A stretch of 64,000 nucleotides of DNA from a virus (Duplodnaviria > Caudoviricetes). Below are positions 1 through 13,568 of the stretch, piece after piece (the stretch's first letter is position 1; every line of letters begins with the position of its first letter). Position numbers and translations under genes: made by a program. The notes under the pieces were generated by a model. It made no database searches, was not told where the DNA came from, and worked only from the letters and a program-made list of their open reading frames with translations. The stretch spans positions 32,001-96,000 of IMG/VR virus record IMGVR_UViG_3300021399_000002, one strand, 5' to 3'.

Positions 1-546
1 GCAATCCTAGCTATGATGGGTGGTGGATTCGGTGGATGGAACCGTGGATATCAGCCACAGTATGCTACTCAGGATTTTGTTCAGAATGGCTTCAATTTTA
101 ATGACCTTCAGAACCAGAATAGAGACATTATGCAGGCTATTAATTATGGTGCTTCTCAGTCTATTGCTACTACTAATCAGGTATATCATGATTTAATGAA
201 TGGTTTATCTGATAAGTATAATGAATTACAGCGCGATATCGCTGGCTTAGCAATAGGACAGGCAAATCAGCTTGCGCGTATTAACGAATGCTGTTGTAAT
301 ACACAGGCCGCAATTGCCCAGGCTAATTATGAAGCTGCCATGCGTGATGCTGCAACTAATGCTAATTTTACCGCTCAGATTCAAGGTCTAAAAGACATGA
401 TTAAAGATGATAAGATTGATGCAATGCAGAATCGTATTAATCAGCTTGAACTTCAAAATCAATTACAAGGTGTTGTAAGATATCCAAATGGATGGACTTA
501 TAATGCTGGTAGTTCTCCTTTCTGCGGTGGATGCGGAAATATGTAA
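1..546 (+). CDS. Gly/Gln/Asn-rich hypothetical phage protein with CCC motif (5' partial)
   Basis: ORF 13..546; frame is open to the window edge; followed by a terminator. Confidence 0.8.
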   Translation, partial: AILAMMGGGFGGWNRGYQPQYATQDFVQNGFNFNDLQNQNRDIMQAINYGASQSIATTNQVYHDLMNGLSDKYNELQRDIAGLAIGQANQLARINECCCNTQAAIAQANYEAAMRDAATNANFTAQIQGLKDMIKDDKIDAMQNRINQLELQNQLQGVVRYPNGWTYNAGSSPFCGGCGNM

Positions 547-586
547 TGAGTGTATTTAGTACACCTTGTTGTAATTAAGATATATT

Positions 587-620
587 AGGCGTACTATATA
601 TTAGTACGCCTTATTTTTTT
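587..620 (+). terminator. Rho-independent terminator
   Basis: AGGCGTACTA-TATAT-TAGTACGCCT followed by a T tract. Confidence 0.75.
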
Positions 621-643
621 ATATATGATAAGGAGGTTATATT

Positions 644-1057
644 ATGTTACAAGCTTATTCTAGTAATTTAGCAGTTGAAGCAAATACCCCTTTTACTTTT
701 AATAGCGTATATATGGACAAGGGATGTGGCGAACGCTTAGTAGGTACATCAACTATTGCTTTAGAAAAACGCGGCGTTTATTTAGTTGAAGTTGATGGTT
801 TTGCCACTCCTGATGCCGCAACAGAAGTAAGCGTACAATTATACTTAAACAATGTTCCACAGCCACAAGCTATTTCTACTTTCGTCCCTGCCGCAGTGAC
901 TGATACTAGAACATTTGGTTTTAAAACTTTTGTTCGTGTATTAGAAAATAATTGTAATTGTAATTGTTTAACTAGTCCAACACTTTTACAATTTATGAAT
1001 GGCGATACCGCACTTAGCGATGCGCATATTAATGTTGTCATTACATTACTCAAATAA
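644..1057 (+). CDS. Hypothetical beta-sandwich protein (BclA C-terminal-like)
   Basis: AGGAGG RBS; beta-rich sequence with GVYLV motif; fold is inferred. Confidence 0.7.
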   Translation: MLQAYSSNLAVEANTPFTFNSVYMDKGCGERLVGTSTIALEKRGVYLVEVDGFATPDAATEVSVQLYLNNVPQPQAISTFVPAAVTDTRTFGFKTFVRVLENNCNCNCLTSPTLLQFMNGDTALSDAHINVVITLLK

Positions 1058-1071
1058 ACGGAGGAATTAAT

Positions 1072-1623
1072 ATGACAATTGATGAAATTTTCAGTAAGCT
1101 TGCAACGCATATGGTTGAAGGTATTATGATTCATGATGAAATGGCAAACGCATATGACTTTTTGGGCTTACGCGGCTTCGCAAAATGCCAAGATTTTCAT
1201 CATATTGAAGAAACGAATAACTATCGTTGCTTAGTACATTATTATTCTACTCATTATCACAAGTTAGTTTAGTTGGGTGATATACCAAAGCCGCAAATCA
1301 TTCCTAGTACTTGGAATAAATATACTACCATGGCAGTTGATGCTGGCACTAAAAGAAATGCGGTTAAAGATATGATGACTAAATGGGTAGAATGGGAACG
1401 CGATACTAAGAAATTATATTAGGAAATGCGGCAAGAGCTTTGCGCTTTAGGTGAAGTTGCCGCCGCACTAGAAATTGACTGCTTCATCTGTGATGTTGAT
1501 AAAGAATTAGTACACGCAGAAAAGAAGCTTATTAAATTAGAAACATTGGGATATGATATTGGTACAATTATAAGTTGGTAGGAGCCAATATATAATAAAT
1601 ATAAAAAGAAAATCGGGTGGTGA
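1072..1623 (+). CDS. Hypothetical helical (ferritin-like) protein, TAG-recoded
   Basis: GGAGG RBS; reads through 3 in-frame TAG to TGA at 1621-1623; His/Glu-rich helices. Confidence 0.75.
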
Positions 1624-1628
1624 TATTT

Positions 1629-2174
1629 ATGATAAGGTTAGTACAGAGGAAATTGATAATTCCTCGCGGCGATACGGGGAGCTTTACAATTCCTGCACTA
1701 ATTAATGCCGCCCAAGGGGATGTCTTAGTTTTTTCTATATTAGACCCTTTGAAGCACGCGAAATTATTTGATAAAATCGTGGAAGCTACTGATGGGACTA
1801 TTACGATTGAATTTACACACAGTGAAACAGTTAATTTAACGCCAGGTAAGTATGTATGGGATATTAAATATTATTAGGATCCGGTTATCTCAGATGAAGG
1901 AAAACTAATTAACGGTACTGAGGTAGATTCATACTATGCTGCGTTTAAATTACCAGAATGTGAAATTAGGGAAACCGGGGATGAGATGCTAATGTCTAGC
2001 GATGCGCCGACCGGTGCTCTATCTCCGGCATAGATTGATTTAGTGAATGCCGCGCTATCGGTTATGAAAAATTATATAGATGAGTTTAATAGTACAATAA
2101 CCTAGTATGTGCGGCATGATGAACTATAGGCTTTAAGTGATGAGGAAATAGATGAAATAATAGGAGGTATCTGA
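1629..2174 (+). CDS. Putative virion/baseplate-associated protein, TAG-recoded
   Basis: Continuous frame with TAG=Gln; RGDT and GKYVWDI motifs typical of baseplate-upper-like domains. Confidence 0.7.
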
Positions 2175-2175
2175 T

Positions 2176-2970
2176 ATGGCGAATGCTAAAAAGTTTTTAG
2201 ACAGTGCTGGCACTAGTCATCTATGGAATAAAATAGTCGCTGAATTAAATAAGAAAGCCGCTATAGCAGATTTAGCGGCGGTAGCTTCCTCCGGCGCAGC
2301 AGGAGATATTAGTTTAGTAGATACTGGAAATTACTATACTGGTACTTCTGTTGAAGCCGCATTATAGGAAATAGGTAATTCCCTAGAAACTGTAGGTACA
2401 GTTAGTATTAGTGAAACCGAAGGTTCCGGTAATGTGCTAAAAGTATACACTTTAACACAGCGTGGGAATACTATTGGGACTATTAATATTCCAAAGGATT
2501 TAGTTGCCACCTCTGGTACTATTGTAAATGAAGATGGAAATGGAGACGCAGGAACCTTCCTGCGTCTCGTTATTGCAAATAGCGACCCTATTTATATTAA
2601 TGTTGCAAGCTTAGTAGAATATAATGGGGTTGCTGATAGTGAGGAAATTGCATTTACTGATGTTAATCATTAGATTAGCGGCAGTATTAAGGTAGGAAGT
2701 ATTAGTAAGAATAAGTTAGATAGTGCTGTATAGGCTTCTTTGGGACTAGCGGATAGTGCATTACAGCCTGGCGATATAGTAGAAGGAAGTGCTAATGGTA
2801 CTATTGCGGTGAATGGTGTGGATATTGCAGTCCATGGACTAGGTACTGCCGCTTATACTAATACTACTGCTTATGATGCCGCGGGTGAAGCGCAAGCATC
2901 ATATGATGCAATACTCGCGCTAACTCCTACTGAAATCAATAATGCTATCGCCGCGGCTCAAGGAGAGTGA
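2176..2970 (+). CDS. Putative virion structural protein, TAG-recoded
   Basis: Three in-frame ORF fragments (2176, 2434, 2740) joined across TAG; ends TGA. Confidence 0.8.
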
Positions 2971-2975
2971 TGGTA

Positions 2976-4874
2976 ATGGCATTTTAGGATAAGAAATTTT
3001 TAGATGCAGAAGGGATTACTCATCTAGTAAGATTGCTAGATGAGTATCCTAATAATTAGGTTTTAGGAAGCGTAATTGATGCGATTGAAGGGGAATTGGA
3101 TTAGAAAGCGGAGAAGAGTGAGATACCGGAAGTACCGGTGTAGGATGTATAGGCCAATGGATAGAGTATTCTGAATCAAAATGGTATAGCAAATGTACCT
3201 TTAGGAACTAATGCTGTACTGGGTATTGTAAAAGGCGGATCTAGAGGAGTTACAATTGCTAGTGATGGAACTATTTCAATTGATCCTGCAGTTTCTGCGC
3301 TTATAAAAACTGGATCGAATGGCAAAAATCCGATCGTTCCAGGTCGTCAACATGAATCCACATTCTATGGCCTAGCAAAAGCAGCCGGAGCAGATGAAAA
3401 AAATAGCGAACTCCCAGTAGGGCAATACACGGATAGCGCCAAAACCGCTATCCAACAAATGCTCGATGTCCCTTCCACTTCTGCCGTAACAAGTGAAATT
3501 GCAACTGCAATCGGCAACATCAATTCCTTCGATATGGCGGTTGTTTAGGCTCTACCAACTGAAGATATTAGCACGCACACAATATACTTAGTTCCTAAAA
3601 CTGGAGAAACTAATGATGTGTATGATGAATATGTGTATATTAACAATAATTGGGAAATGGTTGGCAATACGTAGATTGATTTGAGTGATTATGCAACAAA
3701 AGATGAATTGCCTGATGTGCCAGTGCAGGATGTACAAGTTAATGGAACTAGTATTGTTAATAACAATATAGCAAATATTCCTATTGCATCAGGCTCTAAT
3801 CTTGGTGTAATAAAAATTAGTGGTACTAATGGAATAGGATTATATTGTAACCCAAGTACTGGTGCATTACAAATAGCAGGCGGTTCTAAGGCACAATATA
3901 AGGCTGGATTAAGTAGTTCAATTCCTGTTACAGCTAATTTTCAGCATGAAGCAACTTTCTATGGTCTTGCAAAGGCGGCCGGTCATGATGAGAAAGACAG
4001 TACATTCCCATTGGGTCAATACACCCCTGAAGCTCAATCCGCTATTCGCTCTATGATCGGAGCAGCGAATGCAGATGACATTGTAGCAGTCTAGGATACT
4101 TAGCCGACCTCTGAAGATAACAAGATCTGGTTACCAGAGACGACTCCTGAAGGAGTAGAAATACCAACTGTTGTAGAGATGAACGCTGCGCTGACTGAAA
4201 AGATTGATGATGTACAGATTAACAGTCAGAGTATTGTTCAAAATGGTGTGGCGAATATACCAGTCGCATCCCGAGATAATTTTGGAGTAGTAAAAGGATA
4301 TAACATAAGAGGCGTTGGAGTTGATAGTGCTGGTAATATACGTGTACTACCAGCAGAAAATGCTAGTATAAAGCAAGGTAGTAGTACATATGAAGTCATT
4401 ACTGCTGCAAATAATTACGTCGCATCTTTCTACGGCTTAGCAAAAGCCGCCGGAGATACTACGCAATCTCAATCTTCAAACGCAGTCGGTACCTACACTT
4501 CTGAAGCTAAGGCGGCTATCAAAACGATGCTCGGTATCGAAGAAAATAGCTCCAGCGGAGAGGTCGTTACACCTATTGATGACACAGCCGGGGTTGGAGA
4601 TACAGCAAAAGTTTGGTCAGCCGACAAAACTTCAACCGAAATCAATAACATCATCGACACAGCTCCGACCGAAGAACTCGCGACAGAGCTTCTTATACAA
4701 GAAGAAACCAACACTTATTTAAACGAAAGATTCTTAAGTTCAATTCATAATATGTTTGAAAGTCTGCCCCAGGATGAAATACTGTCCGAGATTCTAAACG
4801 GAATCATAGATGGAAATAGCTTATTACGTCAGCTTTACCGTGAATTAGAAGCTCGTAAGCTGGCGGCAGAGTGA
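2976..4874 (+). CDS. Tail fibre-like repeat protein, TAG-recoded
   Basis: Fragments 3681 and 4179 in frame with ATG 2976; three internal repeats (DVQ.N..SI...(T/S)FYGLAKAAG). Confidence 0.8.
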
Positions 4875-4887
4875 AGGGGGGATTTAA

Positions 4888-5922
4888 ATGGCACTTATAA
4901 CAAATACTACTTTAGGTAAAATACGAGATTAGATTGTTGAAAGAAATATCTTGCTGAGAAACTTTGTATCCTTATATGCTACTTCTACGTGGGACGCTAT
5001 TCAACTAGATGCAAAGACAATGACTCTTGAAGAATTAGCAGTAAAGTATCCAATAGGAACTATTTTTAATTCAACATATACTTATAACGGTACTGAATAT
5101 GATATGCCGTGGAGAGTTGTTGCACATCGAAAAGTCACCAAACAAGATGGATATAAACATAATGCGATTTTAATTCAAAGCAAGTATGCAACAATAGAAG
5201 ACATACAAATAGATGAAACAGAAGGTATTATTACGGACGATGTTACGGCTCAAGATGGATATTATTATTGCGGTAAGTCTGGAGATACTTTTACAATGCT
5301 GGCAGTTTCGGCGGGGGATACGATTCCCTATTCTGATTATGATTCTGTATTAAAAGGCATTATTAACGACTCACGTGCATATAAGGATGGTTATAACCGT
5401 TATAAGATTAGTGCAGCTAGACAATGGCTTAACTCAAGTGCAAGATCTGGAGAATGGTGGACAAGTCAACATTATGGTAACAATGCTCCATCGCAATTAA
5501 CTAAAATTAAAGGTTTTATGGCTGGTTTAACAAGCGATTTTCTTGCAGTTATTGATCCTATTCTCATTAAAACAGTCGCTAATAATGTAACAGATGGCAG
5601 AGTCATAGATGAGACATATGATCGGTTCTTTATCCCCAGCGTTGAAGAGATGTATGGCATATCGCAAGTGCCAGGTGAAGAAGGATCATACTTTCCGTAT
5701 TGGAAAGACGCTATGGGTTTAAGCGAACCGATTAATGGTGCGAGCGATGCGCGGTTAATCAAAAAGATCAATGCTCCAGACGGAGATCCTGTAACTGTAT
5801 GGTTAAGATCTGCAAGTCAGAATGACTTCCAAAATTGGTATGTACATCGTCAAGGTACCCTTGGTTACTTTTACAGACCTGCTGTTAACTGCCCTGTCCA
5901 GCCGGTCGCAGCCATTTCGTAA
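4888..5922 (+). CDS. DUF6273-like phage protein, TAG-recoded
   Basis: ATG 4888 in frame via one TAG; RQWLNS, FIPSVEE and VWLRS motifs. Confidence 0.7.
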
Positions 5923-5946
5923 CTTTGTCGAAGGGAGATGATAATA

Positions 5947-6825
5947 ATGCCTATAACGATAAAACCAACTATTTTTAAGTATAAAGATCGTAACGGACAG
6001 TATTAGAGCATAAACGCAATTAAAGGAGAACCCGCGGCAAAGAAACCGATTGATTTATTTATTGACAATGTGGATGTTGATTACAAATTCGATGAATCCA
6101 CAAATGCAAATTACACTGTAATCCGTGTATATAAAGATACTATATAGGGAACTAAACAATTTCCGTTCGTATTTGCGCCAAATGGCGCAGAACCCTCAAC
6201 TGGGTCAAATAAATCCACATATACAATGACCACTGAATATGGTTTTGTAATGGCTTTGAATGCAGGAATATTTAATACAAGTAATGGATATGCTGATGGT
6301 ATGCTAATAATGAATGGTACTGTTTATCAGGACTCACCATCTACAACACATTCTAACTGTAAGCCATTATGGATTGACCAAAATGGAGATTTACATAGTG
6401 CAGACTATAATGTAACGGCATCTGAATTACTTTCGCAAGGATGTGTTTCTGCTGTCTGCGGTTTTATGCCGATTATTGTTGATTATGTTCCTGTTCCAAG
6501 CTCTGAATGGAATAATGTATCTCATTATAATGATAACGCACAAAGACAAATTATAGGCCAATTTGGAAATGGTGATTATGCTATTGTAACGTGCGAGGGA
6601 AGAAGTTATCAAAATTCCGATGGATGGACGATTGCAGAAGCGCAAAAAATCTGTCAGGAAATAGGACTTAAATTTGCGTATAATTTGGATGGTGGAGGAA
6701 GTACTGAAACAATGATAGGTTTGAAGCATATCAATACCATTTATGATGGTACATATGGGCGCCAAGTTCCTACATTTATAGTTTTTAATGGAACTGCAAT
6801 TCCTCCGGAAAATCCTGTTATATAA
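5947..6825 (+). CDS. Phosphodiester glycosidase (NAGPA-like) family protein, TAG-recoded
   Basis: LNAGIF, R..IG and AYNLDGGGST motifs; upstream ATG in frame via TAG. Confidence 0.8.
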
Positions 6826-6839
6826 GGAAGTGATCCCAG

Positions 6840-7322
6840 ATGAACAAGCTTGATTGGCGTTCAGCGCGCCATCGGACACGTGATCGCCTCCTTGAATATG
6901 ATTATCATATAATGCCAGCAGCTCCTCATACAGCGGGATTAGCGACAACCTTTCCTTGGGGTTCGGTCTACTTAGAGAATTACGATGATACCCTAATTCC
7001 TCTAGACCCACATATTACCACATTAAAAATGGTATACCCATGGGAAAATACTTCTCTTAATATTCTAAATCATTAGTTATTTCTTATTGCACGCGCAAAT
7101 GGCTTTGAAGGCGATGAAGACGATTTTAAGCTTCTCTTCTCCTCATATGTAGGCCCGCGCAGCATAATGTTTGCAACTTATGACGCTTTCCCAGAGACAG
7201 GAATAAAAGATAAACTCTATTTTGATTTAGAAGAAAAAATTCTTTATTACTGGGATTAGGAATACATTCCAGTTAATGCAATGCTTATAGCAGACACTAC
7301 TTTGGATGGAGGCGAAGCATAA
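6840..7322 (+). CDS. Hypothetical virion protein, TAG-recoded
   Basis: Reads through 2 TAG to TAA, which overlaps the next ATG. Confidence 0.7.
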
Positions 7323-8014
7323 TGGCTGCAAATACAGTTAAAGTAACCTTATAGATACGCCATGACACAGCAGAAAATTGGACTACAAGAAATCCAGTTC
7401 TGGCCCAAGGTGAATTTGCATTAGAAACTGATACTTATTTAATGAAAATAGGCGATGGTGTCCGTACTTGGATTAATTTACCTTACTTAAATAAGCTTAA
7501 TGCAACATATTTTAAACAAAATAACGATGGCACATTAACATTTAGTGATTCGTTTTTAAATAAAATTGCAGCATTAGAAGCCGCGGCTGGAGAAGCGATT
7601 ACTAGCTTAGAAATTATCAATGACCCAGTTTAGCCAACAGATGCAGTTAACTTGCGCTATTTACAGCAAGCAATAAGTGAAGCCGGGCATTTAAAGCGGC
7701 AAGTAGTAGAGACACTACCAAATGTAGAAGACGCAGATGAAAATATATTATATATGATGTGGCAAACCGACCATTATGAAGAATACATGGTTATCAATGG
7801 TATTTGGGATATGGTTGGAACCACTGGAGATAGTACTGCTGAATACGAATTATTAGTAGCAACTAACGCTCGTTTGGGTGGAGTCAAGGCTTCTACATCC
7901 GCGGATTAGATTAATGTTACGCAAGAAGGATTTATGACATTAAACCAAGTTTCAACCTCCTTATTATATGTACCTACTGGTGATACATTAGTTATTTATG
8001 GAGGTACTGCTTAA
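7322..8014 (+). CDS. Tail-associated protein with Mtd_N/hyaluronidase N-terminal-like domain, TAG-recoded
   Basis: RHDTAENW..NPVL..GE..ETDT..KIGDG...W..LPY motif. Confidence 0.75.
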
Positions 8015-8030
8015 TAGGAGGTGAAAGGTA

Positions 8031-9782
8031 ATGGCGGAAAATATTCTTGAAACACGAATATTATTACGTTATGGAACATATTCTTAGTGGATGAATAGTA
8101 ATGTAATCCTAAAATTAGGAGAGGCCGCCGTTTGCGCCTTTCCTAATAATCGTTCTATTGTTGCTTCCAATATAACTCCAGAGAATACTCCACCCGCGAT
8201 AGGCATTAAAATTGGTGATGGTGTTCATTATTTTTATGAATTACCTTGGGTACAGGCAGTTGCCGCGGATGTATTTAATTGGGCGAAAACAGCAACTAAA
8301 CCAACATATACTGCTTCGGAAATTTAGGGACTAAAAACATTTATTGAAGAAAATATTTCTAGTGATTAGGAATTTTCAATTGCTCCTCGTCTGTACCAAT
8401 TAATATAGGGTACTGATGATAATATCAATAAATATTATTTATAGTATAAAGAAAATACAGATGATAATTGGACAATTGATGTTAATCATTATATAGATTT
8501 AAGTGATTTATATAACCTAATTACTTGGATTAAACCTGAAAATATTTCTAATTATCCCAATCTTACCACATTAACAGGACTATAGACCTTAAACTTCATT
8601 AACGGACTTGCTCATAGTGAAGAACCAGTTGATAATATGTTTGTAACCGCGGTTAATGAAACTGCAGGTGTAGTAAGTACCACAAAGGCACGGCCAACAT
8701 TTGCTAATATTGCTGGCACGGCAACTGTAGAACAAGGTGGCACTGGTAGAACATCTTTTAACGGAAATGAAGTTTTAATTGGCGCGGAAACGGGAGCGAT
8801 TCAAACTCGGCCTATAGCCACAGAAATTGCTTCTAATACTGACTTAGTTCCTAACTACTTAATTAAAAATTATGTTGATAATGCCGTAGAGGGGCTAACG
8901 GGAGCGATGCATTTCGTTGGAGAAGCAACTGTTACTATTACTCCAAATACAAATGTAGACCCACGTATTGGTGGTTATACTTTTTCTGAAGCACAACCAG
9001 GTGATGTTATACTTTCTGAATCGAAAGAGTTTGTATGGACTGGTGGCGCATGGAGGTTACTTGGTGACGAAGGAAGTTATGCGGTTAAAGGCAGTATTAA
9101 AGATGTTGATATCGCCCCGGACGCCGCAATATCTATTACCAAGATTTCTGGTATCAATAATTTATTAGAAAGAAAAGTAGATAAAGTAGAAGGAAAAGGA
9201 CTTTCTACTAACGACTATACTAATGAAGATAAAGGTAAATTAGATAGTATTGATACTGGAGCATAGCGCAATGTCATAGAACATGTTTTTCTCAATGATA
9301 CAGAAATTACACCAGCTACAGTTAACTCATTAGACAAATCTATTGATTTACAGATAAATGAATTTGATGCCGAATCGCAAGCTAAATTAGCATCAGTTGA
9401 TAATGGTGCTTAGGTTAACACTATTGAACATATTTACTACGATGGCGTTGAATTAACTCCAGATGATAGTAAAACAATTACTATTACATCAAACCCTCAT
9501 ACAGAACATGAAAATAAAATCGAGTCTATATCTATTAACGGCACATTATATAGACCAAATAATGACAAATAGGTAAATATTATAATAGACCAAGCCGCAC
9601 TTAATTTAAACGTATTAGAAGGTGCGCAAATACCTAATGGAAACTCTTCTGAAGAGGTTACTTAGGTGGGCAAAAAATTATAGCTCGCGCGCATTGCAGT
9701 AACAGGTAATGTAAAAGATTTATTACAGACAAATGATGAATATATCACTTTGTCCTGCGGGAGCAGTACAGAGGTAGTTTAA
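8031..9782 (+). CDS. Tail fibre/spike-like protein, TAG-recoded
   Basis: KIGDG N-terminus; GAMHF..GDV..EFVWTG..W.LLGDEGSY module; KVDKVEGKGLSTNDY motif. Confidence 0.8.
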
Positions 9783-9814
9783 CTTGGCTGAAATGATGCC
9801 AAGGAGGCGTTTTT

Positions 9815-10351
9815 ATGGCAACGAATACAAATACTATAAAAACGAGAATTCAGTTGAAAAGTGATACTGAAGCAAATTGGAATAAAGCAGGGCCTAAAGA
9901 AAATTCTAATGGCTTCATACCACTTAACGGTGAGCTCATCATCTATTCAGCTGATGAAGCTCACCCTTTTTCTCGTTTAAAGATAGGAGATGGAAAAACA
10001 AATGTTGTAAATCTACCATTCGTAGATGCGGGAACTTTAAATGGGAATGAAACTGAAATTGTTAAAAAAGATAAATTTTCAGATTTTCCATCTCCAGGTT
10101 CAGAAGATAAATTATATGTAGACTTATCTACAAAAGCAATATATCATTATGCAGCGAGTAGTGGATATACTCAGCTTTCGCATTTTAGTTTTGATGTAAC
10201 TAAAACAACTATTAAAAATATTATTGATTATATACCGGGGCGCCCTACCTATGCATTAGTTGAAGATAATATTTTTAAAGTATTAAATGGTACTTATGGA
10301 ATGCTTGATACAGCGCCACTATCAGTGGTTACTGATGTTAAGGAGGTATAA
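9815..10351 (+). CDS. Tail-associated protein (Mtd_N-like KIGDG domain)
   Basis: AGGAGG RBS; DTEANW...GE...KIGDG...LPF. Confidence 0.75.
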   Translation: MATNTNTIKTRIQLKSDTEANWNKAGPKENSNGFIPLNGELIIYSADEAHPFSRLKIGDGKTNVVNLPFVDAGTLNGNETEIVKKDKFSDFPSPGSEDKLYVDLSTKAIYHYAASSGYTQLSHFSFDVTKTTIKNIIDYIPGRPTYALVEDNIFKVLNGTYGMLDTAPLSVVTDVKEV

Positions 10352-10354
10352 TAA

Positions 10355-11494
10355 ATGGCAAGTTATATCGGAAAAGTTCAAATAACTGGTAGTGACCCAG
10401 TGTTGGTAGGTTCTACATTATATGGAATCTGCACTACTCCTGCCAGCACCGCCGCAAAAACTGTTGGAACAACAGATGATAATAGCGGTAATTATATTAA
10501 TAATAACTATGATAATTTAATACGAGGCACAACAATTCACGTAAAATTCACACAAGGTAATACTATTACAAGTGGTGTAACTTTAGCAGTAGGCTCTACT
10601 TTAGCTAAAAACGTAATTGGTATTCATCCATGTAATGCAGGGACTATTTTAAGTTTTACTTTAGATGAATCAGAGAATTGGGTTGCAAACGATAATGTTG
10701 ATACAAATACTGAATATGTATTCAAAAGCACTTATAATGCTAGTACAAATCGTGTATTGGGTGAAGCTGATGTAGGCGATGCCGCGGAAAAAGGCGTAAT
10801 TACAGATATTACCAACAATACTACAAGCGCAGATTTACCTACCACTTCTGCAGTAGTATCATATGTATAGTCTATGACCGGAGGTCTCGCGGGATTAACA
10901 GGCGCAATGCATTTTCGTGGTATAGCAACCGTTGCAGTTACTGATGGTGGTACCGAAAATCCAACTATTGCTAATTATGATTTTGGTACTAATGGAGTGA
11001 ATGCTGTAGCAGGTGATGTAGTACTTTGGCAACAAAAAGAATATGTTTGGACCGGTAATAGTTGGGAACTTTTAGGTGATGAAGGAAGTTATGCTCTTAA
11101 ATCTAATACTGATACTATTACAGAAGTTAGTAATTTTACTTCTAATACATTACCATCATTAGATGTTACTCCAACGGATGTCTCTAAAGTAACTGTAACG
11201 CCAGGTTCAGCCGCGAGTTTAACTACAAATAATGTAAATATTCCAAATGTAACTAATGCTGGCACACCGACAGAAGCATCTGTTACTAGAGGAATATTAA
11301 CAATATCTATTGGTAGTGCGCCAACTATTGCAGAATCACCTATTGTAGTTAAAGAAGTAGGAACATTTACAGAAAATACACCAACTGCCGTCGCAGCAAC
11401 AACTGTTTCTGTAGGCTCTGCAGCGAATTGGGATGCTGGTACACAAGCTACATTAAATACAAATAATACTATTGTTGTTGTGCCGGGAACGTGA
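10355..11494 (+). CDS. Tail fibre-like protein, TAG-recoded
   Basis: Two fragments joined by TAG at 10868-10870; shares the GAMHF/WELLGDEGSY module. Confidence 0.8.
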
Positions 11495-11504
11495 GGTGAT
11501 ATAA

Positions 11505-13556
11505 ATGGCAAATTTAATTGAACAAATAAAAATTGGTGGCACTACATATAATATTGCTTCTACCGCATATGCTATCTGTGACAGTAATGCCGATGCAACA
11601 GCAAAAGTAGCAGATATTACAGGTTTCGTATTAAAAGAAGGCGTAACCATTCATGTAAAATTTACTAATGGTAATACTGCTGATACTCCTACATTAAATG
11701 TTAATAGCACAGGAGCAATTCCAATTACTATATATGGTTCTGTTGCTTCTGATACAGCTGGAGATTTAGCTTTACCTGCGAATGCTGTAGTTAGTTTAAC
11801 TTATGTTACAGATACTGCAAATTATTGGGTAATGAATTCTGGGCATCAAGTAAATACTACATACACATTTGCTGGTGGTACTAATAAATTTACAGTTACT
11901 CCTTCAGGAGGAACAGCATAGGAAGTTACTGTTACTCCTTCTATTGCAAATAATATTACTGGTAGTGGTACAAGAACTAATAATTATTTAGTAAAATTTA
12001 GTGGACAAAATACAATTACTAATTTAGTAGCAATTAGTAATGCTATTAGCTCTCAAACTACTTCTACTAAGTTTTTACGTGAAGATGGTACATGGGCTAC
12101 TCCCTCTTATACAGAACAATCTCATTATACTGCCACTTTAATTAATGGTAATGCCGCAACTGATTAGTCAAATGAAGCAGTAACTGCTTCTGCTAATGGT
12201 ATTTATTTAAACTTAGTAGAAAATGGCGCGGTTACTAGCTCGCATCAGTTAGCTGGCGCTGGCGGTATTACAATTGGTTCCGCAGCAGATGGAAAAATTA
12301 CTTTTACAGGCAAGGCGGGTACTGTAACAAAAATTATTCCCGGCAATGGTTTAATTAATGGTACTTCTGGTACTAGTCAAACTGGTATTACTGGTGAGGG
12401 TACTATTAGTATTAAAGAAGGCGGCGTTACTAATAGTATGTTAGCCGGTTCTATTAGTAATGATAAACTTTCTAATGACTGGATTAAAATTGGAAATGTA
12501 ACAAAGCATTTGGGTGAAACTTTTGAATTATCTGATTTAGGTGTAGCTCGTGCAATGAACTTTATTGGTATTACTTCAACTACATTAACAGATGGTGCGA
12601 CCACTGCCACTCTTACTGCTAAAACTACAGGTAGTTTAAGTAAAACAACTGGCTTCGTATTAGGAGATGTTGTTTTATATGGTGATGCTGAGTTTGTATG
12701 GACGGGTTCTGCTTGGGAATTATTAGGCGATGAAACTGCTTACGCATTAAAATCTGATGCGGTTACAAACGTAGCATATGCAAGTAAAAAATTTACAAAA
12801 ACAATCAATGGTTCAACAACAGATATTGTTACTATTAGTACAATTAAAACTGATTTAGCATTAGTAAAAAGCGATGTCGGATTAGATAATGTTACAAATC
12901 ATTAGCAAGTACATGAAGTATCTTGGGATGCTACTAATTTAAAAATTACTCGTTCTAAAAATGGTACTGCTGGTGATGTTGTAAAATTTGTAAATGGTAC
13001 AAATGTAACATTAAGTGGGAATACTGCAGGACAATTAAGTATTTCCGCGGCAGACCCAACCGTTACTCAAAATATATTAGGTACTAGTGATACTAATAAT
13101 TATCCATTATTAGTTTCAAAATATAAAACTACAGAAAATACAACCACAGCTTCTACTGCTAATCGTGTAGCAGCTATTTATGTATAGCCTTCAACCGGCA
13201 CACTAACCGCAACAAAATTTGCTGGTGATGGCTCTGGTTTGACAGCTTTATCTGCAACAGCAGTTAAATCTGCATTAGGCACAGACTCATCTACAACAGC
13301 TACCTTCTTGCGTAAAGATGGTACTTGGAAAACTATTAGTGTTAAAGTTACTGCAAATGCTAGTGGTTCTGTTGTTACTGGAGTTACATTAAATGCTGGT
13401 ACTTAGCCATCATTCACATAGGGTACTTTAGCTTCTGCAACGGTTAATGAAGCAGTATTAGAGTTAGTAAGTCAAACTGCAGACACCTTCAATAAAGGAA
13501 CTTATCCAACTCTTGGTACTATATCTAAAGCTAATTTATCTATTGATATGCAATAA
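11505..13556 (+). CDS. Tail fibre-like protein, TAG-recoded
   Basis: Continuous with TAG=Gln; GVTIHVKF..N...PTLNV N-terminus; FLREDGTW repeats. Confidence 0.8.
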
Positions 13557-13568
13557 GGCGGTGATTAA